Assembly (NCBI GenBank): GCA_009773755.1
Contig: WSZJ01000004.1
Span: 44,475-108,474, forward strand
DNA length: 64,000 nt
Reading direction: 5' to 3'
DNA from: Planctomycetota bacterium
GTDB taxonomy: Bacteria; Planctomycetota; MHYJ01; WSZJ01
Shown here: positions 9,317 through 17,818 of the stretch, in pieces
Numbering within the stretch: the first letter of the stretch is position 1
Layout: each line of letters starts with the position of its first letter
Position numbers and translations under genes: made by a program
The notes under the pieces: generated by a model
What the model saw: only the letters and a program-made list of their open reading frames with translations
Databases searched by the model: none
What the model was told of the DNA's origin: nothing

Positions 9317-9813
9317 GCGAAAGTCCCGCGGAATCGAACGTGGCTCCGCAGCCGTTTCCCCGACTCCCCTGGGGTGTCGCGGCGGCCTTTGTAATCTTTC
9401 TTGCTTCGCTTGCCATGCCGGCCTGGGACAGCGGCTGGTCCACGACACCGGCGGGGGCCGAGCGGTTCCTGGGCTGGCAATGTGCCCAGTGGTCGGCCAC
9501 ATTCCTGTGGGAGGTTCTCAAGGGCGGAGACGATGACCTCCTGGAGGCTTCGTTCACGATCCCCAACCTCCTGATGCTCTGCGTCCCCGGACTCCCCTTG
9601 ATACGCCCCGTCCGGCGCCGGCTCTGGCCGGCCGTGGCCGCTACAGTGGCCACCTTGCACGTCATGTACTGGCGGGTCGCAAAACACGAGCCCGACGAGC
9701 ACATTCTGATCGGGTATTGGTTCTGGCTTGGCTCGTTCGCGACGCTGGCGTGCGCCCTCTGGCTCTGGGAAGCACGAGTCCACAAGGCCGATCGCCTCAT
9801 TCACAGCGAATGA
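9313..9813 (+). CDS. Multi-pass membrane protein, paralog 1 (no family recognised)
   Basis: The GTG start shares GTGA with the AAA stop (9313-9316). There are 4-5 hydrophobic segments (WGVAAAFVIFLASLAMPAW, IPNLLMLCVPGLPLI, LWPAVAATVATLHVMYW, ILIGYWFWLGSFATLACALWLW). Clearly paralogous to the next gene. Confidence 0.7.
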   Translation: MSESPAESNVAPQPFPRLPWGVAAAFVIFLASLAMPAWDSGWSTTPAGAERFLGWQCAQWSATFLWEVLKGGDDDLLEASFTIPNLLMLCVPGLPLIRPVRRRLWPAVAATVATLHVMYWRVAKHEPDEHILIGYWFWLGSFATLACALWLWEARVHKADRLIHSE

Positions 9814-10304
9814 ACCCCGACCGCGAAACTTCGACGGCCGATGCCTCAAGCTTGCCCCGGGCGCCGTGGGGTGTCTGGATCGCATTCGCCATGTTCCTCG
9901 TCGCCCTCGCCCTGCCGGCATGCGACGTCTATGGCGAAGCGTGGTCCGGGTTCCGTTGCGCGCGCTACATCGCGGAGGCATTCCTCAAGGTCTTACTACT
10001 TCGAAATCCCGGATGGGTTGACCCTATCACGGCCGCGCTCACGGTTCCCAACGTCGTCATGCTCCTCGCTCCCGGCCTGCCGATGCTGCCGTTCCGGAAG
10101 CGCCGGCTCTGGCCGGCGATCGTCGCGACCGCGTGCGTCGGGCAGATTCTCCATTTCCGGTTGCTGGTGGGATTCGACAGGCCGTCCGGCCTTCGTTTTG
10201 GGTTCGTGGTCTGGTTCGCTGCGTTCGCAACGCTGGCTGCTTCGCTCTGGCTCTGGGAAACGCGCGTTCGTCGAGCCGAACAATCCGCTCCGCAGAACGG
10301 ATAA
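9810..10304 (+). CDS. Multi-pass membrane protein, paralog 2 (no family recognised)
   Basis: ORF 9717..10304 trimmed to the ATG at 9810, which shares ATGA with the upstream stop. Blocks are conserved with paralog 1: PWGVWIAFAMFLVALALPA, VPNVVMLLAPGLPMLPFRKRRLWPAIVAT and ASLWLWETRVRRAE. Confidence 0.7.
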   Translation: MNPDRETSTADASSLPRAPWGVWIAFAMFLVALALPACDVYGEAWSGFRCARYIAEAFLKVLLLRNPGWVDPITAALTVPNVVMLLAPGLPMLPFRKRRLWPAIVATACVGQILHFRLLVGFDRPSGLRFGFVVWFAAFATLAASLWLWETRVRRAEQSAPQNG

Positions 10305-10313
10305 GATAATCCT

Positions 10314-12452
10314 GTGCACCGCGCCATCGCATTCGTGCTCCTCGCGCTCCCCGCATTCGCCCAGCTCCCCGACACAGTCCGCGAGCCGCATCGCACCGTC
10401 GTCATTGCCGCGAAGGAGTCGAAGTTCTTTTCGGCGAAGCGCTATGACGCCCTGATTGCGCGCTTCGATGCGCCGCTGGATGCGGAAAGCACCCGGGCGC
10501 TCTTCCGCGACATGGTCCAGCTCGCGTACGACCACGAGAACGGGGACGACTACGTGCAGATGCTCTGCCGCGACCTCGAGCGGGAGGACATGAAGGACAT
10601 CGGGTGGACGGCGATCCCCGAGGAAATCGAGGTCGAGAAGCTCGCGCTGCACGACGGGCGCGTGCTCTTCGGCACCGGCGGGCTGCTCGCCGCGCGCCAC
10701 CCCGAACTCGAACCGCAGGCGCTCGCCGGGCAGCGGCTGCTCTGGCCCTGGATCGGCGTGGGGAGCATCGGCAAATTCTGGGTCGCGAAGGAGCAGTTCA
10801 AGAGCGCCACGCGCGCGAAAGTCAAGATGCCACGGGCGATTCCCGTGGAAATCCGCTCGGAGAGGATTGACGGGAAGGGGCGGCTTGTTCTCGAGGGCGA
10901 GTGGATCCGGCCGGGGAAAGGCCACGTGAAGGAAGCGATCGCGCTGGACGTCGTGGACATCGGCAACGGAGGGACGATTTTCGCCAACGAGGACGAAGGC
11001 CTGCGCACGACGCGCCCGACCGTGCTCTATCCGGACCTCGCGAAGACGCACGAGGCTGCGGAGAACTGGCGCGACGAGCTCGGCTGGAATCCGAAGCCTG
11101 CGGAGCCGGCGGCGGAGAAGTTCGAAGAGCCGAAGTGGATCACGGAGCTGGTTGCGAAAGCGCCCGGCGCCTGGCCGGCGCCCTATGACGGCGAGCGCCG
11201 CTTCATCGACAAGGCAGCCAGCCGTGTTGACCTCGTGGACGCCGATGCGGAAGCCAGCCTGCTGCGGCTGCGCTTTTTCTTCACCTACGGCGACGACCTG
11301 CCGGGGCTGGCGATCGGCGACCCGCGAGCGATGCAGAAGCTTGAGAACGCCGTTCGCGATTTTCTGCGCGGCAAGTCGATCGAGCCGGTGCTGAAGCTGA
11401 AGTCCGACGCAAAGCTCGTCGCCGCCGTGCTGCGCCACCTGCCCGACCTCGATCCCGCGCCGCAGGCCGGCGTCACCGAGGACGACGTCTGGATGCGCTT
11501 CCCGAAAGACTACTCGCCCTGGAAGCGATACCCGCTCCTTGTGGTGCTTCACGGCCAGTACCAGCAGCCTGAATGGGACTACCAGTGCTGGACGTCGATT
11601 CCGGAGGCGGCGGGGATGATTCTTGTCGCGCCGAAGTACGGCTCGACGGCGGGGACGACGCGTTCGCCGAAGGCCGACGACGAGGTGATGCGGGTCGTGC
11701 GGAGGCTGTGCCTCGAGCGGAACGTCGACGCTGACCGCGTGATTCTCACGGGGGTTTCGATGGGCGGCGCGATGACGTGGCGGCTCGCGCAGTCGTACCC
11801 GTCGCGCTGGGCGGCGTGCGGGCCGGAAATTCACGGGCCCAAGCCCTACGACGACAAGTTCCCTCAGTTGCGCAATCTCGCGCGTGTGCCGGTCTTCCAG
11901 ATGGAGGGCGAATTCGACGGGCTGAACACGATCCACTCCCGGCAGGCGGCGGAGCTGCTGAGGAAATGGGAAGCGCCGTTCGTGTACCACGAGCTGCGCA
12001 ACTACGGCCACGACCGGACCGCGTGGCTCTACCCGCAGTTCCTGGAGTGGTCGTCGCGCTGGAAGCGGGACGCGCACCCCTCGAAAGTCGAGCACTGGTG
12101 CCTGAACGCCTGGGAGGGCGAGAGTTCGTGGCTGGCGATCCGGCGGGCGTCGAAGGCGAACGCGTTCGGGATGAAGGACGGCGCGTTCAATCCGGTGGAC
12201 TTGTGCGGAGTGGAGGCGGAGTACAAGGACGGGGTGATTTCTGTGAAGACACTGGGCGGCAAGCCGGCGGAAATCGAGGTGTTCTTCGACGATCGATTGA
12301 TGGATGCCTCGAAGCCGATTCGCATCGAATGGGGAGGCACAAGCACGCTCTGGAAGCCGAAGCCGGACGTGAAGAGGATGTCGGAGCGCGCGAGGGAGCG
12401 CGGGGAACTTGAGGCGGTGTATTCGGACTCGGTGAAGGTCGAGCTGAAGTAG
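10314..12452 (+). CDS. Secreted alpha/beta-hydrolase (esterase/peptidase-like) with large N-terminal and C-terminal extra domains
   Basis: GTG start 9 nt after the previous stop. Signal peptide MHRAIAFVLLALPAFAQ. Hydrolase core has ..YPLLVVLHGQ.. and the nucleophile elbow GVSMGG. Normal composition across 712 aa. Confidence 0.7.
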   Translation: MHRAIAFVLLALPAFAQLPDTVREPHRTVVIAAKESKFFSAKRYDALIARFDAPLDAESTRALFRDMVQLAYDHENGDDYVQMLCRDLEREDMKDIGWTAIPEEIEVEKLALHDGRVLFGTGGLLAARHPELEPQALAGQRLLWPWIGVGSIGKFWVAKEQFKSATRAKVKMPRAIPVEIRSERIDGKGRLVLEGEWIRPGKGHVKEAIALDVVDIGNGGTIFANEDEGLRTTRPTVLYPDLAKTHEAAENWRDELGWNPKPAEPAAEKFEEPKWITELVAKAPGAWPAPYDGERRFIDKAASRVDLVDADAEASLLRLRFFFTYGDDLPGLAIGDPRAMQKLENAVRDFLRGKSIEPVLKLKSDAKLVAAVLRHLPDLDPAPQAGVTEDDVWMRFPKDYSPWKRYPLLVVLHGQYQQPEWDYQCWTSIPEAAGMILVAPKYGSTAGTTRSPKADDEVMRVVRRLCLERNVDADRVILTGVSMGGAMTWRLAQSYPSRWAACGPEIHGPKPYDDKFPQLRNLARVPVFQMEGEFDGLNTIHSRQAAELLRKWEAPFVYHELRNYGHDRTAWLYPQFLEWSSRWKRDAHPSKVEHWCLNAWEGESSWLAIRRASKANAFGMKDGAFNPVDLCGVEAEYKDGVISVKTLGGKPAEIEVFFDDRLMDASKPIRIEWGGTSTLWKPKPDVKRMSERARERGELEAVYSDSVKVELK

Positions 12453-12496
12453 CGGTGAAAGTCCGGGCTGAATCCGCGGCTGCCAGTGTCCTGGCC

Positions 12497-12530
12497 CTAC
12501 CTACCCACTACCTCCTACCAACTACCTACT
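12497..12530. repeat. CTACC-type pyrimidine-rich short tandem repeat in a convergent intergenic gap
   Basis: CTACCTACCCACTACCTCCTACCAACTACCTACT lies between stop 12452 (+) and stop 12526 (-). No complementary arm is present nearby. Confidence 0.6.
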
Positions 12531-14127
12531 TCTTCCGGTAAACCACTTTCCCATCAATCGCGGTCATCACAACCGTCACATCCGCCATCCTCCGCACAGG
12601 GATCTCAATCGGGTCCTCGTTGAACACCATCAGGTCCGCCAGGCAGCCCGGGACCAGCCTCCCGGCGCGATCTTCGATCCCGGACGCCCACGCCGAACCG
12701 CGCGTGTACGCAAGGAACGCGTCCCAGGGCGAAATGCACTCGGCCTCGTTCCACGGCGTCCAGTCCTCTTTCGGCCGCAGCACCGCTCCCTTCAGCACGC
12801 GCCGCGGATCAGGCGGCTCGACCGGCACGTCCGTCCCGAACGCCACCACCGCGCCGCTGGCCATCAGCGACCGGACCGGATAGGCGCGCTTCGATCTCTC
12901 GCCCCCCCAGAGTTTCTCCGCGCTGTCGATGTCGCTCATGATCTGGCAGGGCTGCATCGAAGCGATGACGCCGAGCTGCTTGAAGCGCGGGATGTCCGCC
13001 GCGTCGACGATCTGCGCGTGCTCGATGCGCTGCCTTAGTCCGAACGCGTCGGCCGCGGGCTTCGCCGCCGCGAACGCGTCGAGCGCGTTGCGGACCGCCT
13101 TGTCGCCGATCGCGTGAATCGCGCTCGCGATCCCGTTCTCGGCCGCTTTCTTCACGATCGCCGCCATCTCCGCCGCCGGAATAACCTCGACGCCGCAATC
13201 CTTCGTCCCTTCAAACGGCGCCAGCATCGCCGCCGTCCGCGACCCGAGCGATCCGTCGGCGTACAGTTTAATGCCGCCGAAGCGCAGCCAGTCGCTCCCG
13301 AAGCCGCTTCGGAACCCGCACGCGACAAGCCGGTCGAGGTCGTGCGCCGGAAAATAGATCGTGAGCCGCACGCCGAGTTCCCCCGCGTGCTCCATGTTCT
13401 GGAAGAGCCGGAAGCCCTCTTCCAGCTCGGCGTCGCGTGACATGGCGCCCGCGAAGATGTCCGCGCTGGCGACGCCAAGCGAGTGGAACTGCATCACGGC
13501 GTCGCGAAGCCCGCCGCGCACGGCCTGGGCCGGCGGCGAGCTGATGAACGGTTTAACGAGCTCGAGCGCTTTCTCGCGAAGAATTCCCGTCGGCTCCCCC
13601 GCCGCGTCGCGCTCGATCAGGCCGCCCGCCGGATTCGGAGTAGCCTTCGTAATCCCGGCCGCCGCGAGCGCCTTCGAATTCACCCACCACGCGTGCCCGT
13701 CCTTCGACGACAGCGCAACGGGATTGTTTGGCGCCGCTTCATCGAGCGAAGCGCGCGTCGGCCACTCGTTCACGCCCCAGCGCGAAAGCGCCCAACCGCG
13801 CCCGACGATCCAGTCGCCGGCCGCCGCGCGATCGGCAGTCCCCTTCACTCCCTGGCACGCCGAATGTTCGCTGTGCGAGTCGTCGAGCCGCAGCCGCCGC
13901 AGCGTCAGCGCGTAGTGATAGAAATGAGTGTGCGCGTCGTGGAACGCCGGAAACACCGAGCGCCCTTCGAGGTCGTGCACCTCGTCGCCGCCCCGGTAAG
14001 CCGACCGCACGGTGAAATCGTCGCCGACGAAAGAGATCTTCCCGTTTTCCGCGATGAGCGCCGTCTGTTCGGGCACATTCGCGTCGAAGGTCCGGATGCG
14101 TGCGTTGACGAGCAGGAGGCGGGCCAT
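12526..14127 (-). CDS. Amidohydrolase family (Amidohydro_3 / YtcJ-like) metal-dependent hydrolase
   Basis: MARLLLVNARIRT.. with the HDAHTHF metal-binding motif near the N-terminus. Also ..GIKLYADGSLGSRTAA.. and ..VAFGTDVPVEP. 533 aa with normal composition. Confidence 0.85.
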   Translation of the reverse strand: MARLLLVNARIRTFDANVPEQTALIAENGKISFVGDDFTVRSAYRGGDEVHDLEGRSVFPAFHDAHTHFYHYALTLRRLRLDDSHSEHSACQGVKGTADRAAAGDWIVGRGWALSRWGVNEWPTRASLDEAAPNNPVALSSKDGHAWWVNSKALAAAGITKATPNPAGGLIERDAAGEPTGILREKALELVKPFISSPPAQAVRGGLRDAVMQFHSLGVASADIFAGAMSRDAELEEGFRLFQNMEHAGELGVRLTIYFPAHDLDRLVACGFRSGFGSDWLRFGGIKLYADGSLGSRTAAMLAPFEGTKDCGVEVIPAAEMAAIVKKAAENGIASAIHAIGDKAVRNALDAFAAAKPAADAFGLRQRIEHAQIVDAADIPRFKQLGVIASMQPCQIMSDIDSAEKLWGGERSKRAYPVRSLMASGAVVAFGTDVPVEPPDPRRVLKGAVLRPKEDWTPWNEAECISPWDAFLAYTRGSAWASGIEDRAGRLVPGCLADLMVFNEDPIEIPVRRMADVTVVMTAIDGKVVYRKK

Positions 14128-14174
14128 GCGCCGATTGTAGGGAGAAGTCTTGGGGGGGCAAAAGAATGCAGCCG

Positions 14175-14527
14175 TGCGGAGGCTGCGGAGGCTGCGGAGG
14201 CTGGCGGAGGCTGCGGAGGCTGCGGAGGCTGGCGAAGGCCGCGGAGGCTGGCGGAAGCTGCGGAGGCTGCGAAGGCTGAGTGGGATCCATGGCTGTACCG
14301 CATGGGAACCACAAACAGCCTATTCCCGATTCCTCGAGGGTGCGACACTACCCAAGCCCCGCAGTTAGCCTTCGCCAGCCTCCGCCCGCCTCCGCCAGCC
14401 TCCGCAGCCTCCGCAGCCTCCGCAGCTTCCGCCAGCCTCCTCCAGCCTCCGCAGCTTCCGCCAGCTTCCGCAGCCTCCGCCAGCTTCCGCAGCCTCCGCC
14501 AGCTTCCGCAGCCTCCGCCAGCCTCCC
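14175..14527. repeat. Large palindrome whose arms are 9-10-bp tandem repeats (GCGGAGGCT / AGCCTCCGC) around an ~90-bp unique core
   Basis: The left arm (14175-14276) has 11 units of TGCGGAGGC/TGGCGGAGGC variants. The right arm (~14368-14527) has about 17 units of the reverse complement GCCTCCGC(C)A. The unique centre is 14277-14367. The element fills the divergent region between the amidohydrolase start (14127) and the rlmN start (14529). Confidence 0.9.
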
Positions 14528-14528
14528 A

Positions 14529-15605
14529 ATGCCTTCCCTCTTCGACCAGCCCGTCCCGACCCTCCTCGCGCGGCTCGCCGCGGCCGCCGCTCCGCAGAAT
14601 GCCCAGCGCTCGCTGCGCGCCGCCTACGCTCTCGAAGAATCGCCCTGGATCGGGAAGAAATTGCGCGAAGCCGCCGCCGGACTTGAGACCGGATTGCCTC
14701 CTGTCTCGAAGCGCGTCGACGCTTCCGACGGAACTTCCAAGTTGCTGCTGTCGCTCGAGGACGGCCGCGCGGTGGAGTGCGTGCTGATCCCGGGGGTTCG
14801 CGGCGAGTTTTCGCGGAAGCGGATGAGCGCGCGCAACCGGGAAGGCGGGGCGCCGCGGAAGCGCCGGCCGGTGGCGGCGGCTTGCGTGTCGAGCCAGGTC
14901 GGGTGCGCCGCGGGGTGCTCGTTCTGCGCGAGCGGGCTCGGGGGGCTCACTCGAAACCTGACCGCGGGCGAAATCGTCGCGCAGGCGCTGCTGCTCAAGA
15001 AGGAAGCTGCGGCGCGCGGGTTGCGGCTTGCCACGGTCGTCTTCATGGGAATGGGCGAGCCGCTTCATAATGTCGAAAACGTGATCGTCGCCATCCGCAA
15101 TCTGACGCACCGCCACGCGGGCGCGATCCCGCCGTCCGGCGTCACGGTTTCGACGGTCGGGATTGTCTCGGGGATGGAAGCGCTGGCGGCGTCGCACGAG
15201 CCGCCGCACCTTGCGGTGTCGCTCCATGCTCCGGACGACACGACGCGAGCCGCCATTGTCCGCACGGCGCCGCGTCTCTGGACGGTCGGGGAAACGCTCG
15301 ACGCCGCGGAAAAGTACCGGGATGCGACGAAGCGACACGTCACGATCAGCTACGTGCTGCTCGACGGGGTCAACGACGCACCGGAGCAGGCCGGGCGGCT
15401 CGGGGAACTTCTGCGCGGGCGCAAGTTCCACGTCAACCTGATCCCGCACAACACCGTCGACGGCCTCCCGTTCCGCGCGGCGACCAGGGAGCGCGCAGCG
15501 CGATTCTGGGAGATCCTGCGCGAGCGCGGCGCCGTCGTGCACATCCGGAAACAGCGCGGGGCGGAGGAAGACGCGGCGTGCGGGCAGCTCAGGCGAAGGA
15601 ACTGA
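14529..15605 (+). CDS. rlmN: 23S rRNA/tRNA adenine-C2 methyltransferase, radical SAM (RlmN family)
   Basis: ORF 14280..15605 trimmed to the ATG at 14529; the upstream part only translates the repeat. Radical SAM cluster motif SSQVGCAAGCSFCASG, then ..VVFMGMGEPL.., ..TVSTVGI.. and ..LAVSLHAP... C-terminal catalytic Cys in EDAACGQL. Contains a basic ~25-aa insertion before the cluster motif. Confidence 0.88.
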   Translation: MPSLFDQPVPTLLARLAAAAAPQNAQRSLRAAYALEESPWIGKKLREAAAGLETGLPPVSKRVDASDGTSKLLLSLEDGRAVECVLIPGVRGEFSRKRMSARNREGGAPRKRRPVAAACVSSQVGCAAGCSFCASGLGGLTRNLTAGEIVAQALLLKKEAAARGLRLATVVFMGMGEPLHNVENVIVAIRNLTHRHAGAIPPSGVTVSTVGIVSGMEALAASHEPPHLAVSLHAPDDTTRAAIVRTAPRLWTVGETLDAAEKYRDATKRHVTISYVLLDGVNDAPEQAGRLGELLRGRKFHVNLIPHNTVDGLPFRAATRERAARFWEILRERGAVVHIRKQRGAEEDAACGQLRRRN

Positions 15606-15614
15606 AGGCAGCCG

Positions 15615-16400
15615 TCAGTCCTTCTTTTTTCTTCCGACCGTTACATCGCGAGTCAACTCGGACTTCGTGATGAACATCGAGTCCTTCCCCACGATCTTCG
15701 CCTCTTCGGTCCTGTTCTCTTTCCAGTGCTTCAAATGCCCGCCATCGACGTCCCATTCGCCCGAAAACGTCCCGTCGACGCGAAGCGTCGTCTTCAGTTC
15801 GCCTTCGCCGGTGGTTTCGTCCGCTTTCGACTTCCCGCCGAAGACGGCAACCGTCCGGTCTTCTTTCACCTCGAGGCTCTTGATTTCGTAGGTGTCCCTG
15901 TGGCCGTCGACCTCCGCTTCCCAATCCATCGTCGTCGAGACGGGCTCAAGAGGCAGCGCCGGCAGAAGGTGGGCCAGATCCTCGGTCAGGTCGACGCCTT
16001 CGGCTACTTTCCGCACGGCCTCTTCGTCCCAGGTCAACCGACCGAAGCGACTTAGAGTTGCCGTGACCATCTTGCCGAAAACGTCTTCGGGCTTTTCCGC
16101 GATGGGCAACTTCATCCCAAGCGCCTCGACCGTCCCCTCGAGCGTCGCGAACGTGAATTCACACTTTCTCGACCCGTCCTCCGCAGCGGCACGGACCTTC
16201 AGGGTCCCCTTCACCTTGACCTCGAATCTCGTCGCCACCGGCAGGGGCTGTTTGTCGGTCTGGATCTCGGAGCGCCTCTTCGAATGGATCGCGACGATGA
16301 ACTCATCACCGTCGGCGGCTTTCCACGCAAGCGTGACCGGACCTTCCGCGCGCGCCGCTCCGGCGGCCAGGACGAGTGCGATGACAGGAAGCGAACGCAT
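15615..16400 (-). CDS. Secreted hypothetical protein
   Basis: ORF trimmed to the Met at 16400, giving signal peptide MRSLPVIALVLAAGAARAEG. Balanced Lys/Glu/Thr-rich, beta-rich composition unlike shadow ORFs. No family recognised. Confidence 0.65.
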   Translation of the reverse strand: MRSLPVIALVLAAGAARAEGPVTLAWKAADGDEFIVAIHSKRRSEIQTDKQPLPVATRFEVKVKGTLKVRAAAEDGSRKCEFTFATLEGTVEALGMKLPIAEKPEDVFGKMVTATLSRFGRLTWDEEAVRKVAEGVDLTEDLAHLLPALPLEPVSTTMDWEAEVDGHRDTYEIKSLEVKEDRTVAVFGGKSKADETTGEGELKTTLRVDGTFSGEWDVDGGHLKHWKENRTEEAKIVGKDSMFITKSELTRDVTVGRKKKD

Positions 16401-16473
16401 TCCGCAAGTATGCGTCAGGACGCCCCCGGATTCCAGTCGCGCCGCGGCCTTGCCGCCGTGACAATCCCGGGCC

Positions 16474-17781
16474 ATGAAGTGGCCGCCGAGTGAGAAGGCC
16501 CGCTGGATCTCGACGCTGGCGGCGTTCGCGCTGCTGCTCGCGCTCGCGACGATGCGGCGGCTGGAGATCGCGGAGGCGGTGATTGCGGGCGAAATCGAGG
16601 GCGCGACCGCAGAGTTGTCGGGCGACGCCGCGTCGTACTACCGCCTCGCGATGCGCACGCCGCTGCCGGGGTACTCGACCGAGCGCGAGCCGGTGATCGT
16701 CGCCGACGGCCGGATCGCGCTGGTGGTCGCGGGCGACCTCGACGCCGGATTGATGGAAGAGGCTCGCGACGAGGCGGCGCGCAAGCGCGTGCTGGCAAAC
16801 CACGCGATGCTGCGACGCTGGTCCATCGTGCACAGCCTGATGGCCATGGGCGCGCTGTTCGGGTGCGCACTGCTCGTGGCGGGACGCTGCGGCGCGCTCG
16901 TCGCGTCGCTGCTCTGGGCCGACAACCTGTGGCTGTCGCACTACGGAGTCGGATTTCTGCGCGAGGACATCGCGGCGGCCTGCACCCTGGGGCTCGTCGC
17001 CGCGCTCGTCGTGCTGTTTCGCCTGCCGCCTGAGAAACGCCGCGCGCGCCTCCTCCTCGCCGCCGCCGCAGCCGTCGCCGGCTCTCAACTCGCCCTCACG
17101 CGCCTCGAAGGCCTCGGGACCGCCACGCTCCTCGTCGGCCTCTGGGCCGCGACGCGATGGGCCTCGAAGCGCTTCGTCCGCTCCGACGCGTGGCTCGCGC
17201 CGGGGATCGTCGCGGGCGTCTGGCTCCTCGCGTCGCCCTACCTCATCTTCAACGCGGCGAAAACCGGAAGTCCGCTTCACCCGATGCGGAACCACGCGCA
17301 GTTCTGGCGCAATCACGAATTCGCGGGACAGCCCGGCTTCGCGACGCGCGCCGAGGTCGTCGCGAACTCGTACTGCGGCCCGCCCGAGACGCCCTTCCAT
17401 TATGTGTTCGGCCTGCACTCGCTTCCCGAAGTCGCCGGCCGCTATGTCTCCGGCCTCTGGGCCGGGTACACGCGCTACCTCTCGCGGCTGCTCGCGGATC
17501 GCGCGTGGCTCGCGTGGCTTGTCCCCCTCGCGGCCGCGGGGCTCGTGTGGCGAAGGCGATGGGAAGGGGCGTTCGCGATCGGCGCCGGGCTGGTTGCGCT
17601 GCTGCCGTTCGCGTTCATCCTGACGCTCGACACGGTTCTCCCGGACCCGAACCTGAGAGGCGTCGAGCCGCGATTCGCGCTTCCGACGCTTCCGTTCGCG
17701 TTCCTCTGGATCGCGGGGGGCGTCGGCGCGGCGGCCCACTGGTTTGCGTCGCGGAGGGAAGCGGACGCGGCGAAAGCTTGA
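16474..17781 (+). CDS. Polytopic integral membrane protein (possible GT-C/ArnT-PMT-like glycosyltransferase)
   Basis: At least 9 hydrophobic segments across 435 aa. The overall layout is reminiscent of GT-C family glycosyltransferases. The functional call is weak. Confidence 0.6.
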   Translation: MKWPPSEKARWISTLAAFALLLALATMRRLEIAEAVIAGEIEGATAELSGDAASYYRLAMRTPLPGYSTEREPVIVADGRIALVVAGDLDAGLMEEARDEAARKRVLANHAMLRRWSIVHSLMAMGALFGCALLVAGRCGALVASLLWADNLWLSHYGVGFLREDIAAACTLGLVAALVVLFRLPPEKRRARLLLAAAAAVAGSQLALTRLEGLGTATLLVGLWAATRWASKRFVRSDAWLAPGIVAGVWLLASPYLIFNAAKTGSPLHPMRNHAQFWRNHEFAGQPGFATRAEVVANSYCGPPETPFHYVFGLHSLPEVAGRYVSGLWAGYTRYLSRLLADRAWLAWLVPLAAAGLVWRRRWEGAFAIGAGLVALLPFAFILTLDTVLPDPNLRGVEPRFALPTLPFAFLWIAGGVGAAAHWFASRREADAAKA

Positions 17782-17818
17782 GCCGGTTCCCGGCCGCCCG
17801 CAGAATCTCGCGACCGCA

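Noticed and set aside
9996-12095. 699-aa minus-strand ORF antisense to the alpha/beta hydrolase gene
   Set aside because: The composition is Arg/Pro/Leu-rich with many RRxR strings and no motifs. The opposite strand encodes a protein with a signal peptide and a GxSxG hydrolase core.
14175-14527. Possible CRISPR array
   Set aside because: The repeat units are 9-10 bp and directly abutting, with no spacers. The two halves are reverse complements of each other. There are no cas genes in the window.
14280-14528. N-terminal extension of rlmN, and ORFs such as 14150..14368 translating AEAAEAAEA/LRRLRRL
   Set aside because: They are pure translations of the tandem repeat. RlmN homology begins only after ATG 14529.
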